From the NCBI RefSeq assembly GCF_963528755.1, contig NZ_CAURXA010000003.1, positions 113,030 to 177,029 of the forward strand: 64,000 bases of DNA, written 5' to 3'. Source of the DNA: an uncultured Selenomonas sp. (GTDB lineage Bacteria; Bacillota; Negativicutes; Selenomonadales; Selenomonadaceae). Shown one piece after another: positions 52,997-62,275 of this stretch. Within the stretch, counting starts at the first letter, position 1; every line of letters starts with the position of its first letter. The notes below the pieces were generated by a model. The model saw only the letters and a program-made list of their open reading frames with translations, ran no database searches and was not told the DNA's origin. The translations under genes and the position numbers were made by a program.

Positions 52997-54186
52997 GAAT
53001 TCGCAATCTCACGCCAGAAGCTCCGCCCTCGCGTCACAAACTCCACGCCGAAGATCTCGGCGATGGTCGCGCCGACGTCGGCGAATGCGGGGCGCGTGCC
53101 GAGATCGCAGCCCGCGCGTACCGCCGCGCCATAGGCTAGGAGAGGCACGTATTCGCGCGTGTGATCGGTGCCGGGCGCACCGGGATCGCAGCCGTGATCG
53201 GCTGTGATCATGAGCACGTCCGTCTCCTTCATCGCCGCGAGGAAGCCGCCGAGCCATGCGTCGAACTCCATGACGGCGCGTGCATATCCTGCCGTATCGC
53301 GGCGATGGCCGAAGACCATATCGAAGTCGACGAGATTGACAAAGGCGAGACCCGTAAAGTCCTCGCCGAGGAGCGATCTCGTCTTTTTCATGCCGTCGGC
53401 ATTGTCCTCGTTCGTGCCAAGGCTCTTTGTGAGCCCTTTCCCTGCAAAGATGTCGGAGATCTTGCCGACCCCGATGGAGGCGAATCCCGCATCCTTCAAG
53501 GCGTCGAGCACGGTCGCCGGCGGCTCAAGCGAGAAGTCGTGCCGTCCTGCCGTGCGCTCGTAGTTTGGATACTCGCCGATGAAGGGACGCGCGATGACCC
53601 TGCCGACACCGTGCTTGCCCTGCATAATGGCACGCGCCTTGCGGCACGCCTCGTAAAGCTCCTCGCGCGGCACGACATTCTCGTGCGCCGCGAGCTGCAG
53701 CACGCTGTCCGCCGACGTGTAGACGATGAGCGCTCCCGTCTCGATGTGCTCGCGCCCGTAGTCATGAATGACCTGCGTGCCCGAATACGGCTTGTTGCAG
53801 ATGAGCTTCCTGCCGATGCTCGCCTCAAGCGCGGCGATGATCTCGGGCGGGAATCCCTCGGGATACGTCGGCATCGGGTGCTCGCCGACGACGCCCGCCA
53901 GCTCCCAATGCCCCGTCGTCGTGTCCTTGCCGCGCGAGCTTTCCTGCAGCCGTGCAAACGCGCCGCGCGGCGCAGGCACGCGAAGCGCGGCTGCCTCCGC
54001 TGCGTCCTTGATGCCGTCGACAGAGAAGAGCCCGAGCGAGGCGAGATGCGGCGCAGAAAATCCTTCCGAACGCACGAGACTCAGGAGCGTGTTGCACGCG
54101 CCGTCGCCGAAGTCGGCGGCATCGGGTGCGGCGCCGACGCCGAGGCTGTCGAGCACGATGAGGAATACGCGCTTGATCTTTTTCAA
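52993..54186 (-). CDS. deoB: phosphopentomutase
   Basis: ORF 52993..54363 trimmed to TTG 54186 (AAGGAAAGGGG RBS; TTGA overlap with the upstream stop). KRVFLIVLDSLGVGAAPDA..GKDTTTGHWE..NLVDFDM.FGHRRD..ITADHGCDP. Confidence 0.9.
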   Translation of the reverse strand: MKKIKRVFLIVLDSLGVGAAPDAADFGDGACNTLLSLVRSEGFSAPHLASLGLFSVDGIKDAAEAAALRVPAPRGAFARLQESSRGKDTTTGHWELAGVVGEHPMPTYPEGFPPEIIAALEASIGRKLICNKPYSGTQVIHDYGREHIETGALIVYTSADSVLQLAAHENVVPREELYEACRKARAIMQGKHGVGRVIARPFIGEYPNYERTAGRHDFSLEPPATVLDALKDAGFASIGVGKISDIFAGKGLTKSLGTNEDNADGMKKTRSLLGEDFTGLAFVNLVDFDMVFGHRRDTAGYARAVMEFDAWLGGFLAAMKETDVLMITADHGCDPGAPGTDHTREYVPLLAYGAAVRAGCDLGTRPAFADVGATIAEIFGVEFVTRGRSFWREIANS

Positions 54187-54716
54187 AGCTCTTCGCCCCT
54201 TTCCTTGCGTGCGAAGTACTCGCGGTCGAGGATGCCGAGGATCACGAGGTTTTCGTAGACGCCGTCCGTCAGAATCGTCTCGCGGATCAGTCCCTCGCGC
54301 ACGAGGCCTTCCGACTCGTAGACGTGCAGCGCGCGCGCATTGTAGTCCTTGCAGTCGAGCCAAGCGCGATGAAACTTGAGGTCATCGAATGCCCACGACT
54401 TCAGGAGCTTGAGCGTTTCGTGCCCGTATCCCTCGCCCTTCTTGTCGAGGATGATGCGCGTCCACTCGATCTCCTTCGACGGATTGTTGAGCCCTGCGAT
54501 CATCAGAAAGCCGACCGGCTCCAAAGTGTCTATGCGCTCGATGACGAGATGAATCGCGCCCTCGGTGTTGAGCGTCTGGCTATGCACCTCGCGCTCCCAC
54601 GGAATGACGAATTTGCCGTTCTCGGGGCGAAATTCCACTTCGAGGATGTAGTCGAGATCCTTCTCCTCCGCCTGTCGAAATTGCAGACGCGGTCCTTTCT
54701 TCACAATGCCCTGCAT
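54183..54716 (-). CDS. GNAT family N-acetyltransferase (RimJ/RimL-like)
   Basis: 177 aa, ..FRQAEEKDLDYI..., GEGYGHETLKLLKSWAFDDLKFHRAWLDCKDYNARALHVYESEGLVREG. Confidence 0.85.
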   Translation of the reverse strand: MQGIVKKGPRLQFRQAEEKDLDYILEVEFRPENGKFVIPWEREVHSQTLNTEGAIHLVIERIDTLEPVGFLMIAGLNNPSKEIEWTRIILDKKGEGYGHETLKLLKSWAFDDLKFHRAWLDCKDYNARALHVYESEGLVREGLIRETILTDGVYENLVILGILDREYFARKERGEEL

Positions 54717-54825
54717 ACGATGCTCCTTTCTATCGTGTCAAAGCAGACTGTGCATGCGGCCAAGCTCCTATGCGTGTGCTCCTTTCGCTGCTCTTCCTTT
54801 ATTATACCACAAGAAGCCGCTTCTT

Positions 54826-55578
54826 TCAGTCAAGCTCGCGCAAGATCTCGCCGAGCAGCCATTCGGCGAATACGCCTTCGCCTGTGTGCCGCCGGATGTG
54901 CGCGGCGTCTTCCATCGCGAGTGTCTTGGCGGCGAAGGCGCGGTCGGCTGCGGCGAGGAGCGGCGCGTCAATTGCCGTGTCGCCGGCGGCGTAAACTTTG
55001 CGCGGCGAGAAGCGCTGGCGCAGCTCACGGAGCGCCGCGCCCTTCGTGAGCTTCGGCGGAAAGAAGTAGATCTTCCTGCCCGACGGCTCGACGCGAAGGC
55101 TCGTCTGCTTTTGGCACTCGTCCGCCATCGCCTGCGCGTCCACGCTGTCGGCACAGTAGACGAAGAGGTAGGCGTCGTCGACGATGCGGCAGCGGATGAA
55201 CGCGGCATCGCCCAGATAGAGCGCGTGACAGCGCGCGATCTCCTCTCGTGCAGGGGCGATCAAAGCGTCGTGCGCCTCGCACCACGCGGCATCGACCTCG
55301 CCGCCGTGCAAAAGCACCGCGCCGTTCGTCGTCACGGCGTATTCGGGCGCTGTGCCTTCCGGCCACTCGATGCGCCGATACTGCTCGATCGAGCGCGTCG
55401 TCACGGGAATCAACCGCACTTTTTGCGAGACTTCGCGCAGACGCTCGACAGCGAGCGGTGTCATGAAGCCGTGCGCCCTGCCCTTGATATGCTCAACGCA
55501 AATATCGCCCTCGCGCTTGTGACTGCGCGAGTAGAGCAGCGTGTTGTCGAGATCGGAAGCGAATACGATGTCTTTCAT
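54826..55578 (-). CDS. HAD-superfamily (IIB-like) phosphatase, Ter-associated
   Basis: 250 aa with the DLDNTLL motif I at the N-terminus, ..TTRS.., and ..AGDTAIDAPLL. Confidence 0.8.
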   Translation of the reverse strand: MKDIVFASDLDNTLLYSRSHKREGDICVEHIKGRAHGFMTPLAVERLREVSQKVRLIPVTTRSIEQYRRIEWPEGTAPEYAVTTNGAVLLHGGEVDAAWCEAHDALIAPAREEIARCHALYLGDAAFIRCRIVDDAYLFVYCADSVDAQAMADECQKQTSLRVEPSGRKIYFFPPKLTKGAALRELRQRFSPRKVYAAGDTAIDAPLLAAADRAFAAKTLAMEDAAHIRRHTGEGVFAEWLLGEILRELD

Positions 55579-55579
55579 T

Positions 55580-56632
55580 TCAGTTGTCGGCGAGCGAGCG
55601 TATGAGTCCGCATGCGAGATAATTCTCCAGCGGGTACTCCACGACCTCGACGCCTTTCTCCTTTGCCAGTTGATAGAGATGACCGAGCCGCGCTTCGTCC
55701 GTGCGGCTCTTGACGAGAAGTTTCCACGGCAGGCGGCGCAGGAGGACGCGCGTCGCCTCGCCGATGCCGGGCTTCACGAGGTTGATGTCGCGGATGCCGA
55801 AATCGCCCGCGATGCGCTCGACCTCGGCAAGCCCCGACCGATGCACCGCGCCCTCCTCGCGCACCGGCGGCGCTTCCTCAGAGAAGCGCCTTTCCACCGC
55901 CTCAATGAAGTCATACGTCAGATCCTTATCGCGCAGTCCTTCGTAAAAGGCCGCGCCGTGAAAGTCCGCCTCGCCGATCAAATCATCACGCAGCACCGTG
56001 CGGCTCAGAAGCCCCGACACCGTCGAGTTCAGGCATGAACTCGCGATGAGGAAGTCCTCGTGCGTGCCGCATTTCTCCGCCACATAGGCGGGATCGGACA
56101 GGACGGCAAGCCCCGCGCTCACGCCGCGAAACTCTGCCGCGTCGTTTGCGAGCTCGCGCGCGATCGCGCCCTTGCCCGTCCAGCCGTCGACGAACTGCAG
56201 AGCCTCGGGCGCGTGACGCGCGAGGATGTACGCCATGGCGTTCTTGTCGATGCCCCTGCCGCGAATGATGGAAATCGTGTAGTGCGCGACGTCCGCGCCA
56301 AAGCGCCTCTTGATATAGCGCTTGAGCAGAATGCCAATGGGCGTACCCGCACGGGCGAGCGAGACGAGCGCGGCGGATGCGCCCTTCTCCTCGTAAATCT
56401 TCTCGGCGAGACTCGCCGCCGCATGAGCTGTGATCTCGGCATAGCGCGAGAGCGCATCGAAATACGCCTTCAAGTACTTTTCCGACGGCTCGTATTCCAA
56501 GGGCAGCATCTCCGAATAATGCCTGCCCGACTGAATGAGCTTTTCCCTCTCTGCCGTCGGCAGAGGATCGAGCTTTCCCGTGATGTCTTTCAAAAGGATC
56601 GTCACGTCGTCCTTCTTGTATGTACTGAACAT
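55580..56632 (-). CDS. StiP-family / PRTase-like protein, Ter-associated
   Basis: ORF trimmed to ATG 56632 (AGGAAGGAG RBS). ..LVSLARAGTPIGILLKRYIKRRFG..YTISIIRGRGIDKNAM.. resembles the proteins annotated 'cysteine protease StiP' that accompany TerD clusters. Confidence 0.7.
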   Translation of the reverse strand: MFSTYKKDDVTILLKDITGKLDPLPTAEREKLIQSGRHYSEMLPLEYEPSEKYLKAYFDALSRYAEITAHAAASLAEKIYEEKGASAALVSLARAGTPIGILLKRYIKRRFGADVAHYTISIIRGRGIDKNAMAYILARHAPEALQFVDGWTGKGAIARELANDAAEFRGVSAGLAVLSDPAYVAEKCGTHEDFLIASSCLNSTVSGLLSRTVLRDDLIGEADFHGAAFYEGLRDKDLTYDFIEAVERRFSEEAPPVREEGAVHRSGLAEVERIAGDFGIRDINLVKPGIGEATRVLLRRLPWKLLVKSRTDEARLGHLYQLAKEKGVEVVEYPLENYLACGLIRSLADN

Positions 56633-56649
56633 CGCCCGCTCCTTCCTCG

Positions 56650-57774
56650 TCATTCGTCGCGGCTCATCAGATAGACGATGTCCGTGCAGCCGCTCTCGCG
56701 CAGGGCGCGGGCGATACTCTCGACCGCCTCATGCGCCTCGTGCGCCGTGTCCGAGACGATGACGGCATGGTGATAGGGCCGCAAGTTGTAGATGTACGTC
56801 GCACGCTCATCGCCGTAGAAGCTCTTGACCTGCCAGCCCGCTTCGATGGGATAGCCCGCTTCCTCCGAGATGCCGATGGGGCTTCGCGTCGTCGCATGGA
56901 AGAAGACGTTCTCCCAGCCCTTCCGCTCCAAGACCCTGCCGACCATAAGACCCGGCAGCATACATTCCTCCGTGCCGAGCACGAGGATCGACTCGTGCTT
57001 CGCCCACGAAATGCGCTCGGCGAGGACGAGTCCCGCGCCCTGCCAGAGGATCGTATAGTCGCCGATCGCGACGCCCGTGCGCGGCGTCGCGTACTCGCCG
57101 AGCGCAAGCGTGCGGTAGGGGTAACGCCGCGACGGCACGCAGCAGTCCGCCGCCCCGCGCGTTTGAAACGCCGCCGCGCGCGCCTCGTAGTCTTCGGGCG
57201 CAAGCTCCACGAGTGCGACGCACTCGACGCCGCATGCCAAGAGCCGCTCACGATCGGACGCCGTCAGGCGGTTCAAGACGGACGCCGCAACGAGCCTCTT
57301 CTCGCGGAGCGCGGGCAGCTTCTCCTTCATCTGCTCGACGATATTAGAGAGCGTCCTGCCCGTCGAGATCTCATCGTCGACGAAGACGACCGTATCCGTC
57401 TCGGCGAGCTGCGCTTCGAGCACATCGACGGCGAGTCGCTGCTCGGGTGCATGGCTGTGCTCCTCCAAAAACTCGATCGTGCGCACGCCGGACGGCAATT
57501 CCTCGCGCGTCGTCTGCACGTAGAGGCACGAATCCGCGAGCGACTTCGCGACGACGGCGCCGATGGCGGTCGCCGTCTCGGCGAAGCCGATGACGATCCT
57601 TGCCGCAGGCACGGCTGCCTTGACCTTCTCGCCGAGCGCTTCCATGAGGTCGAGCGCTTCGTGCGGCGCGACGGGCATGTGCTTTCCCTGCAGCGGGTTG
57701 ACGAGCAGATAGCCGCGCTTTTCGTTCCTGTGCCGCCTCGCCACGCGCAGCACTTCGTCTGCCGTGTACTTCAT
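56650..57774 (-). CDS. phosphoribosyltransferase-domain protein, Ter-associated
   Basis: ORF 56650..58014 trimmed to ATG 57774, since the longer form would overlap the ATP-grasp gene. The PRPP-binding loop VVFVDDEISTGRT is present. Confidence 0.8.
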   Translation of the reverse strand: MKYTADEVLRVARRHRNEKRGYLLVNPLQGKHMPVAPHEALDLMEALGEKVKAAVPAARIVIGFAETATAIGAVVAKSLADSCLYVQTTREELPSGVRTIEFLEEHSHAPEQRLAVDVLEAQLAETDTVVFVDDEISTGRTLSNIVEQMKEKLPALREKRLVAASVLNRLTASDRERLLACGVECVALVELAPEDYEARAAAFQTRGAADCCVPSRRYPYRTLALGEYATPRTGVAIGDYTILWQGAGLVLAERISWAKHESILVLGTEECMLPGLMVGRVLERKGWENVFFHATTRSPIGISEEAGYPIEAGWQVKSFYGDERATYIYNLRPYHHAVIVSDTAHEAHEAVESIARALRESGCTDIVYLMSRDE

Positions 57775-57784
57775 CGCGCCCGCC

Positions 57785-58801
57785 TCATGCCTTGAGCCGC
57801 TTCGGCGTCTCAAGATTCGCCACGCGATAAACCTTTTGGCGGTCGGGGTACTGCCACGGCTTTTCCTCGCCGAGAAGCTGATGGACGGCGATATCGGGCA
57901 CGTTGATGCCCGTAGCGAGGCACGAGAGCTGCAGGCCGCCCGACATGCGCGGATTGATTTCCAACAGGCAGTACTTCTCTCCGTCGCCCTTGAACTGGAT
58001 GTTGATCGGCACATCGATCTGCAGGAGGTTCATCATCGTGCGGCATTTCTCGACGATCTCCTCATCGAAACGGACTTCCGAATAGCGGTGGTTCGTCTTG
58101 AAACGCGGGATGATGATCTCCTCGCCGGGCGTCCGCAGGCAGTCGACGCTGATCTCCTGCCCTTCGAGGTACGGCATGAGCATGAAGGGCACGGAAAAGT
58201 CGTAGCCCCGAACGACCGTGCGCGCCATGTCCCACGTCAGCTTCATGCCGGGCTTGCGGCGCACGTCGCCCGAGCGCAGAAGCGTATCGTCGATGACGCG
58301 AAAGGTCTCGGCTCCCTCGTCCTTCGTGAGCTTGTAGCAGACGCGCCTGCAGTGCGGCCGCAGCGTCTCGTAGGCGGCGCAGAATTCCTCGTACGTGCCG
58401 GCGATGAGATGCGCGGGCACGAGGGAGGCATCACGCGCCTCGAAGAAAGCGTACGTCGCCGCCTTGTCGTCGAGGAGCCGCATGATCTTATAATCGCTGC
58501 CGACGGCGAGCTTCGTGCCCGCCGCAAGAAATTCCTCACGATAGCGCGAGAGCAGCGTCAGGGCGCGTCGCGGGAAGAATACATCGATATGATGCGCCTT
58601 GCAGAATTCCAGGCAATACTCCACATACTCTTCGGAAACGGGAAGCGCAGGCTCCGTATACCACTCGTCGGAAACGAGACGATAGAGTGCATTGGGATTG
58701 GCGCTTGAGCCGACGAACGTGAACTTCCCGGGCGATCCCGCCCGCATCAGCTCGATCAGATGGTAGGCCGTGCTGAACCATTGGTTGAACCATATACGCA
58801 T
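57785..58801 (-). CDS. ATP-grasp domain protein, Ter-associated
   Basis: 338 aa. Length and layout fit an ATP-grasp enzyme (..KLTKDEGAETFRVI.., ..MPYLEGQEISVDCL.., ..LLEINPRMSGG..). Confidence 0.8.
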   Translation of the reverse strand: MRIWFNQWFSTAYHLIELMRAGSPGKFTFVGSSANPNALYRLVSDEWYTEPALPVSEEYVEYCLEFCKAHHIDVFFPRRALTLLSRYREEFLAAGTKLAVGSDYKIMRLLDDKAATYAFFEARDASLVPAHLIAGTYEEFCAAYETLRPHCRRVCYKLTKDEGAETFRVIDDTLLRSGDVRRKPGMKLTWDMARTVVRGYDFSVPFMLMPYLEGQEISVDCLRTPGEEIIIPRFKTNHRYSEVRFDEEIVEKCRTMMNLLQIDVPINIQFKGDGEKYCLLEINPRMSGGLQLSCLATGINVPDIAVHQLLGEEKPWQYPDRQKVYRVANLETPKRLKA

Positions 58802-58813
58802 AAAGACTTCCCC

Positions 58814-59818
58814 TTACCTTTTGCTCTCGGCGGCGGCTGCCGCCCCATCATCCTTGACGCCATAGATTTCTGCGAGCGTCAGCACGCGCTTTGCCCACTT
58901 GGCATGCGTCTTGACCTCGTTCATGCGCGTGCCGTCCCAGCTCTTCTTCACGCCCGCCTTCCCGTCCTGCCAATTGGCGATCATCTTCGCGTCCTCGTAG
59001 TCGGCACGCTCTGCCTTCAGGCTCTCGAAGACGAAGGGGAGCTGCGCGGGGTGGATGACCGTCTTGCCGATGAAGCCGCTCAAGCGGTCGAGTTCCAGCT
59101 CCCTCTTGAGTCCCGCCGCCCACGCGCCCGCAGGGTCGTCGCCGAAGTAGTTCCAGACGGGGCCGGAGACGATGTAGTCACGCGCGAAGATGTTCAGAAT
59201 GTCGATGAGGATGTCGCGCACGACGCCGACCTCGTAGATCGTGTGCGTGATCGAGCGGCGCACACCGTAGAGATTGCTGAAATCGTTGCCGCCGACGCGG
59301 ATGTTCAGCACGTATTCCCTGTGTGCGTCGAAGATCGCCTTGAGCTCACCGAGGACGGCGGCGCGGCTCTTGATGTCGGCGATAGAAGGACTTTCGAGGA
59401 CAGGCATGAGGTAGCGCTTCTTCGCCGCGCCGTCATTGACCGATCGCATCAGCTCCATGTAGGCTTCGACATTGCCGAGGTTCACCTTGGGCAGGACGTA
59501 GCCTGTCAGAATGTCGCCCGCCGCGCCCACGAAATCAAGAAAATGCTCCATGTGATCGGCGGTGCGCACGCGCACGAAGAGCAGCGGCATTTCGCGCCGC
59601 TCCTCTTTGCAGGCCTCCTTGAGCGCCGTGAGATTCGTGCGCAGGACTCGCTCGGCGTCCTCGACCGCCGTATCGCCGATCGCGTCCTCCAGACAGAAGC
59701 AGATGGCCGTCAGATGCTCATTTTCCCGCCGCTGAATCTTCTCCACGATGTTCTTCTGATTGGCGGGCATGTAGAGAAGCCCGCCCACCTTATACTGCAA
59801 GATTTCCCTATCTTCCAT
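58814..59818 (-). CDS. HpcH/HpaI aldolase / citrate lyase beta-like family protein, Ter-associated
   Basis: 334 aa with a GGAGG RBS. TIM-barrel C-C lyase-like sequence (..FCLEDAIGD.., ..GFIGKTVIHPAQ..). Confidence 0.78.
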   Translation of the reverse strand: MEDREILQYKVGGLLYMPANQKNIVEKIQRRENEHLTAICFCLEDAIGDTAVEDAERVLRTNLTALKEACKEERREMPLLFVRVRTADHMEHFLDFVGAAGDILTGYVLPKVNLGNVEAYMELMRSVNDGAAKKRYLMPVLESPSIADIKSRAAVLGELKAIFDAHREYVLNIRVGGNDFSNLYGVRRSITHTIYEVGVVRDILIDILNIFARDYIVSGPVWNYFGDDPAGAWAAGLKRELELDRLSGFIGKTVIHPAQLPFVFESLKAERADYEDAKMIANWQDGKAGVKKSWDGTRMNEVKTHAKWAKRVLTLAEIYGVKDDGAAAAAESKR

Positions 59819-59869
59819 TCAGGGTAAAACCTCCATCTTTAGGAAGCACGGATAAGCCGCGCCCCCTCT

Positions 59870-60751
59870 CTATTCCACGCTGAGTCCGTAGTCCTCGCAG
59901 AGTCTCGCGAGTCCCGCCTCGTAGCCTGCGCCGACGAGCTTGAGCTTCCATGCGCCGCGATGGCGATAAATCTCCGCCGCGTTCACCGTCTTCTCGCGCC
60001 GCAGGCCGTCGAGATAAAAGCTGTACTTCGGCACGCCGTCCTCCGCGATCGTCAGGCGCGGCGCACGCACATGCGAGAAATCCCTGCCCGTGCCGTCGTC
60101 GTAGACCGAGAAGCACAGGACGAGGCGCTCGACGGCCATGCCAACCTTGGCGATGTCGACGCTCGCACCAATGTCGCCCGCCGTATCCACTTCGATGCTG
60201 TCATCGTCCGCGCGTGCGTTGCCAAAGAAGATCAAATCCTCATCGCCATGTACGCGCCCGCCCGCATAGAGGCGAAACACGTAGGCGTCGACCTCGACGC
60301 CCGGCTCGCGGCCTTCGTCCTCGTAGCGGAAGGCGAGCTTCTCGCTTCCTGCAAGCCGCAGCCGCTCGCCGCGCACAAGCTGAGGAAGCGGCGGCTCGGG
60401 GCTTCTCGCGCGTCTTTCCGGCGCACCCGCACGCGCCTCGCCCGCGATGAATATGCGCCGCTCCTCGCTCGCCGAGCGCATGCTGAGAGCGCCGTAGACG
60501 ACAGAGCCCGCGCGCATCGCGGGAAGCGTCAGAAGGAAGCCGCCCGCCCCCGCCGGCAAGACCTCGGGAGAAACACGTGCATCCGCGATCTCCGCCGTCA
60601 CGCGCACCTCCGCCTCAGGCGATGCGGCGACGGCGAAGCTGTTCTCGCACTCGGGCGCGAATGCGCCGAGGTCGATGAACTTCGGCAGCGCCGCCAAGGA
60701 GGCGCCCGCCGTTCCCATTGCACTTTCTCCCCTCGCCTGTTCCCTTTCCAT
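59870..60751 (-). CDS. TerD-domain protein with a 130-aa Ala/Arg/Glu-rich N-terminal extension
   Basis: ORF trimmed to ATG 60751 (AGGAGG 8 nt upstream). C-terminal TerD fold: VDAYVFRLYAGGRVHGDEDLIFFGN..DDSIEVD....IDIAKV...VERLVLCFSVYD......F..V....L.I.......Y......EKTVNAAEIYRHRGAWKLKLVGAGYEAGLARLCEDYG. Confidence 0.75.
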   Translation of the reverse strand: MEREQARGESAMGTAGASLAALPKFIDLGAFAPECENSFAVAASPEAEVRVTAEIADARVSPEVLPAGAGGFLLTLPAMRAGSVVYGALSMRSASEERRIFIAGEARAGAPERRARSPEPPLPQLVRGERLRLAGSEKLAFRYEDEGREPGVEVDAYVFRLYAGGRVHGDEDLIFFGNARADDDSIEVDTAGDIGASVDIAKVGMAVERLVLCFSVYDDGTGRDFSHVRAPRLTIAEDGVPKYSFYLDGLRREKTVNAAEIYRHRGAWKLKLVGAGYEAGLARLCEDYGLSVE

Positions 60752-60892
60752 CGCATCCGCCTCCTGCGTCGGATTTCGGCAGACTCCCGCACGCGGCTCG
60801 GAACTCCACTTCAGAGCCGCGCCTGGAAATTGCCGAAAAGAACACCCCAAAAACGGGAGGCGCAAGGCCTCCCGTTTTTTTCCAGTGCTTTA

Positions 60893-61477
60893 TCAGACAT
60901 TCACGCCGTACGCGCGGCAAAGGGCTTCCAAACCGCCCTGATAGCCCGCGCCGACCGCGTTGAACTTCCACTCGCCGTTGTGCCGATAGATCTCGCAGAC
61001 GACGAGCGCCGTCTCGACGGAGAACTCCTCCATGAGATCGAAGCGCAGAACCTCCGTACCCTGCATATCCTGCGCGTTCGCCATGCGCGCGACGCGCACG
61101 TAGGCGTTCGATACCTGTCCGAAATTCTGCTTGCGCACCTGCGCCTCGTAAATCGTCACGGTGATGGCGATCTTGTCGACGTCCGCCGGCACTTTCGTAA
61201 AGTCGATCGTCAGAACCTCGTCGTCGCCCTCGCCCTCGCCCGTGAGGTTGTCGCCCGTATGATGCACCGAGCCGTCCGGGCTGTCGAGGTTGCCGTAGAA
61301 GATGAAGTCCTCGTCCTTTCGCACCTTGCCGTTCGCGCCCAAGAGGAACGCCGAGGCGTCGAGGTCGAAGTCCGCGCCGCCGTCGTACTGGTTGACGTCC
61401 CAGCCGAGGCCGACGAGCGCCATCGTCATGCCCTTGTCGAGGCTCACGCGCTGTCCCTTGGAAAGATTCACCGCCAT
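60893..61477 (-). CDS. terD: TerD family stress protein
   Basis: 194 aa, [15 protein letters not shown]...VGLGWD......[48 protein letters not shown]....DF.KVP..VDKI...VTIYEA. Confidence 0.92.
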   Translation of the reverse strand: MAVNLSKGQRVSLDKGMTMALVGLGWDVNQYDGGADFDLDASAFLLGANGKVRKDEDFIFYGNLDSPDGSVHHTGDNLTGEGEGDDEVLTIDFTKVPADVDKIAITVTIYEAQVRKQNFGQVSNAYVRVARMANAQDMQGTEVLRFDLMEEFSVETALVVCEIYRHNGEWKFNAVGAGYQGGLEALCRAYGVNV

Positions 61478-61478
61478 G

Positions 61479-62168
61479 TCATTTTCCTCCCTTTCTCACG
61501 ATCTCCTGAATCCACGTCTCGAAGCCCGACGGATTCCTCGTCTGGATGAGCACGGGACCGGGCCCGCGGAAGCGGCACACGAGGCATTCGCCCGACATGA
61601 CGCTCGAAATCCAGCCGTTCGACGCCTTTTCGATCTTGTAGTTCATGTAATCGGGCCATGCGACGAGGTGGCCATTGTCCACGATGACCTCCTCGCCCGC
61701 TTCGAGGTTCAGCACGTGAATGACGCCGTAGCTGCTCAAGAAGGCGATGCCCTTGCCCGTGAGCTTCAAGAGGAAGAAGCCCTCCTGCGAGAAGAATCCC
61801 TGCATGAGGCCCTGCATCTTCGAGTCGATGTTGACCGTCTCCTCCGCCGCAAGGAAGCCGCCCTTCTGCACGATCATGCCGTAGGAGCCGTCCAAGGCGA
61901 CGTCCATGATGCCGCCGGGCAAAGGATGGCCGAAGAGCACCTTGCCCGCACCGCGCGAGGCGACGAGACGCTGCAGGAAAAAGCTCTCGCCCGTGAAGAC
62001 GCGGCGCATGATGCCGCCGAGCACGCCGCCCTCCATCTTTCCCTCGACGTCGACGGTCGCATCCATCGCGATCATCGCATCGGATTCCGCCTTGATCGCC
62101 TCGCCGTGGCGCAGCGAGCACTCGACCACGGGAAAAGCCTCCGGATATAAGATCTTGTATTCCATCAT
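61479..62168 (-). CDS. AIM24 / TIGR00266 (DUF124) family protein
   Basis: ORF 61479..62354 trimmed to ATG 62168 (AAAGGGG RBS). [58 protein letters not shown]. Confidence 0.85.
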   Translation of the reverse strand: MMEYKILYPEAFPVVECSLRHGEAIKAESDAMIAMDATVDVEGKMEGGVLGGIMRRVFTGESFFLQRLVASRGAGKVLFGHPLPGGIMDVALDGSYGMIVQKGGFLAAEETVNIDSKMQGLMQGFFSQEGFFLLKLTGKGIAFLSSYGVIHVLNLEAGEEVIVDNGHLVAWPDYMNYKIEKASNGWISSVMSGECLVCRFRGPGPVLIQTRNPSGFETWIQEIVRKGGK

Positions 62169-62275
62169 CGCACCCCTTTCGATGGAAGAAGCTGTGCACG
62201 AGTCCGAGAGACTTATGCACAGCCCCCTTCTCTCGCCTTCCCCCATGGGAAGGCTCGCCCAACAAAAGAATGCGC

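Noticed and set aside
56650-58014. The long form (454 aa) of the PRTase ORF, and similar N-terminal extensions of many ORF-track entries (gap, metQ, metN, htrA, MATE, ydcF, nhaC, porin, deoB, AIM24, TerD genes).
   Set aside because: The extensions are Arg/Ser/Cys-rich, overlap the upstream gene or terminator, and lack an RBS. In each case an internal start with a good SD gives the canonical family N-terminus. Coordinates were trimmed accordingly.
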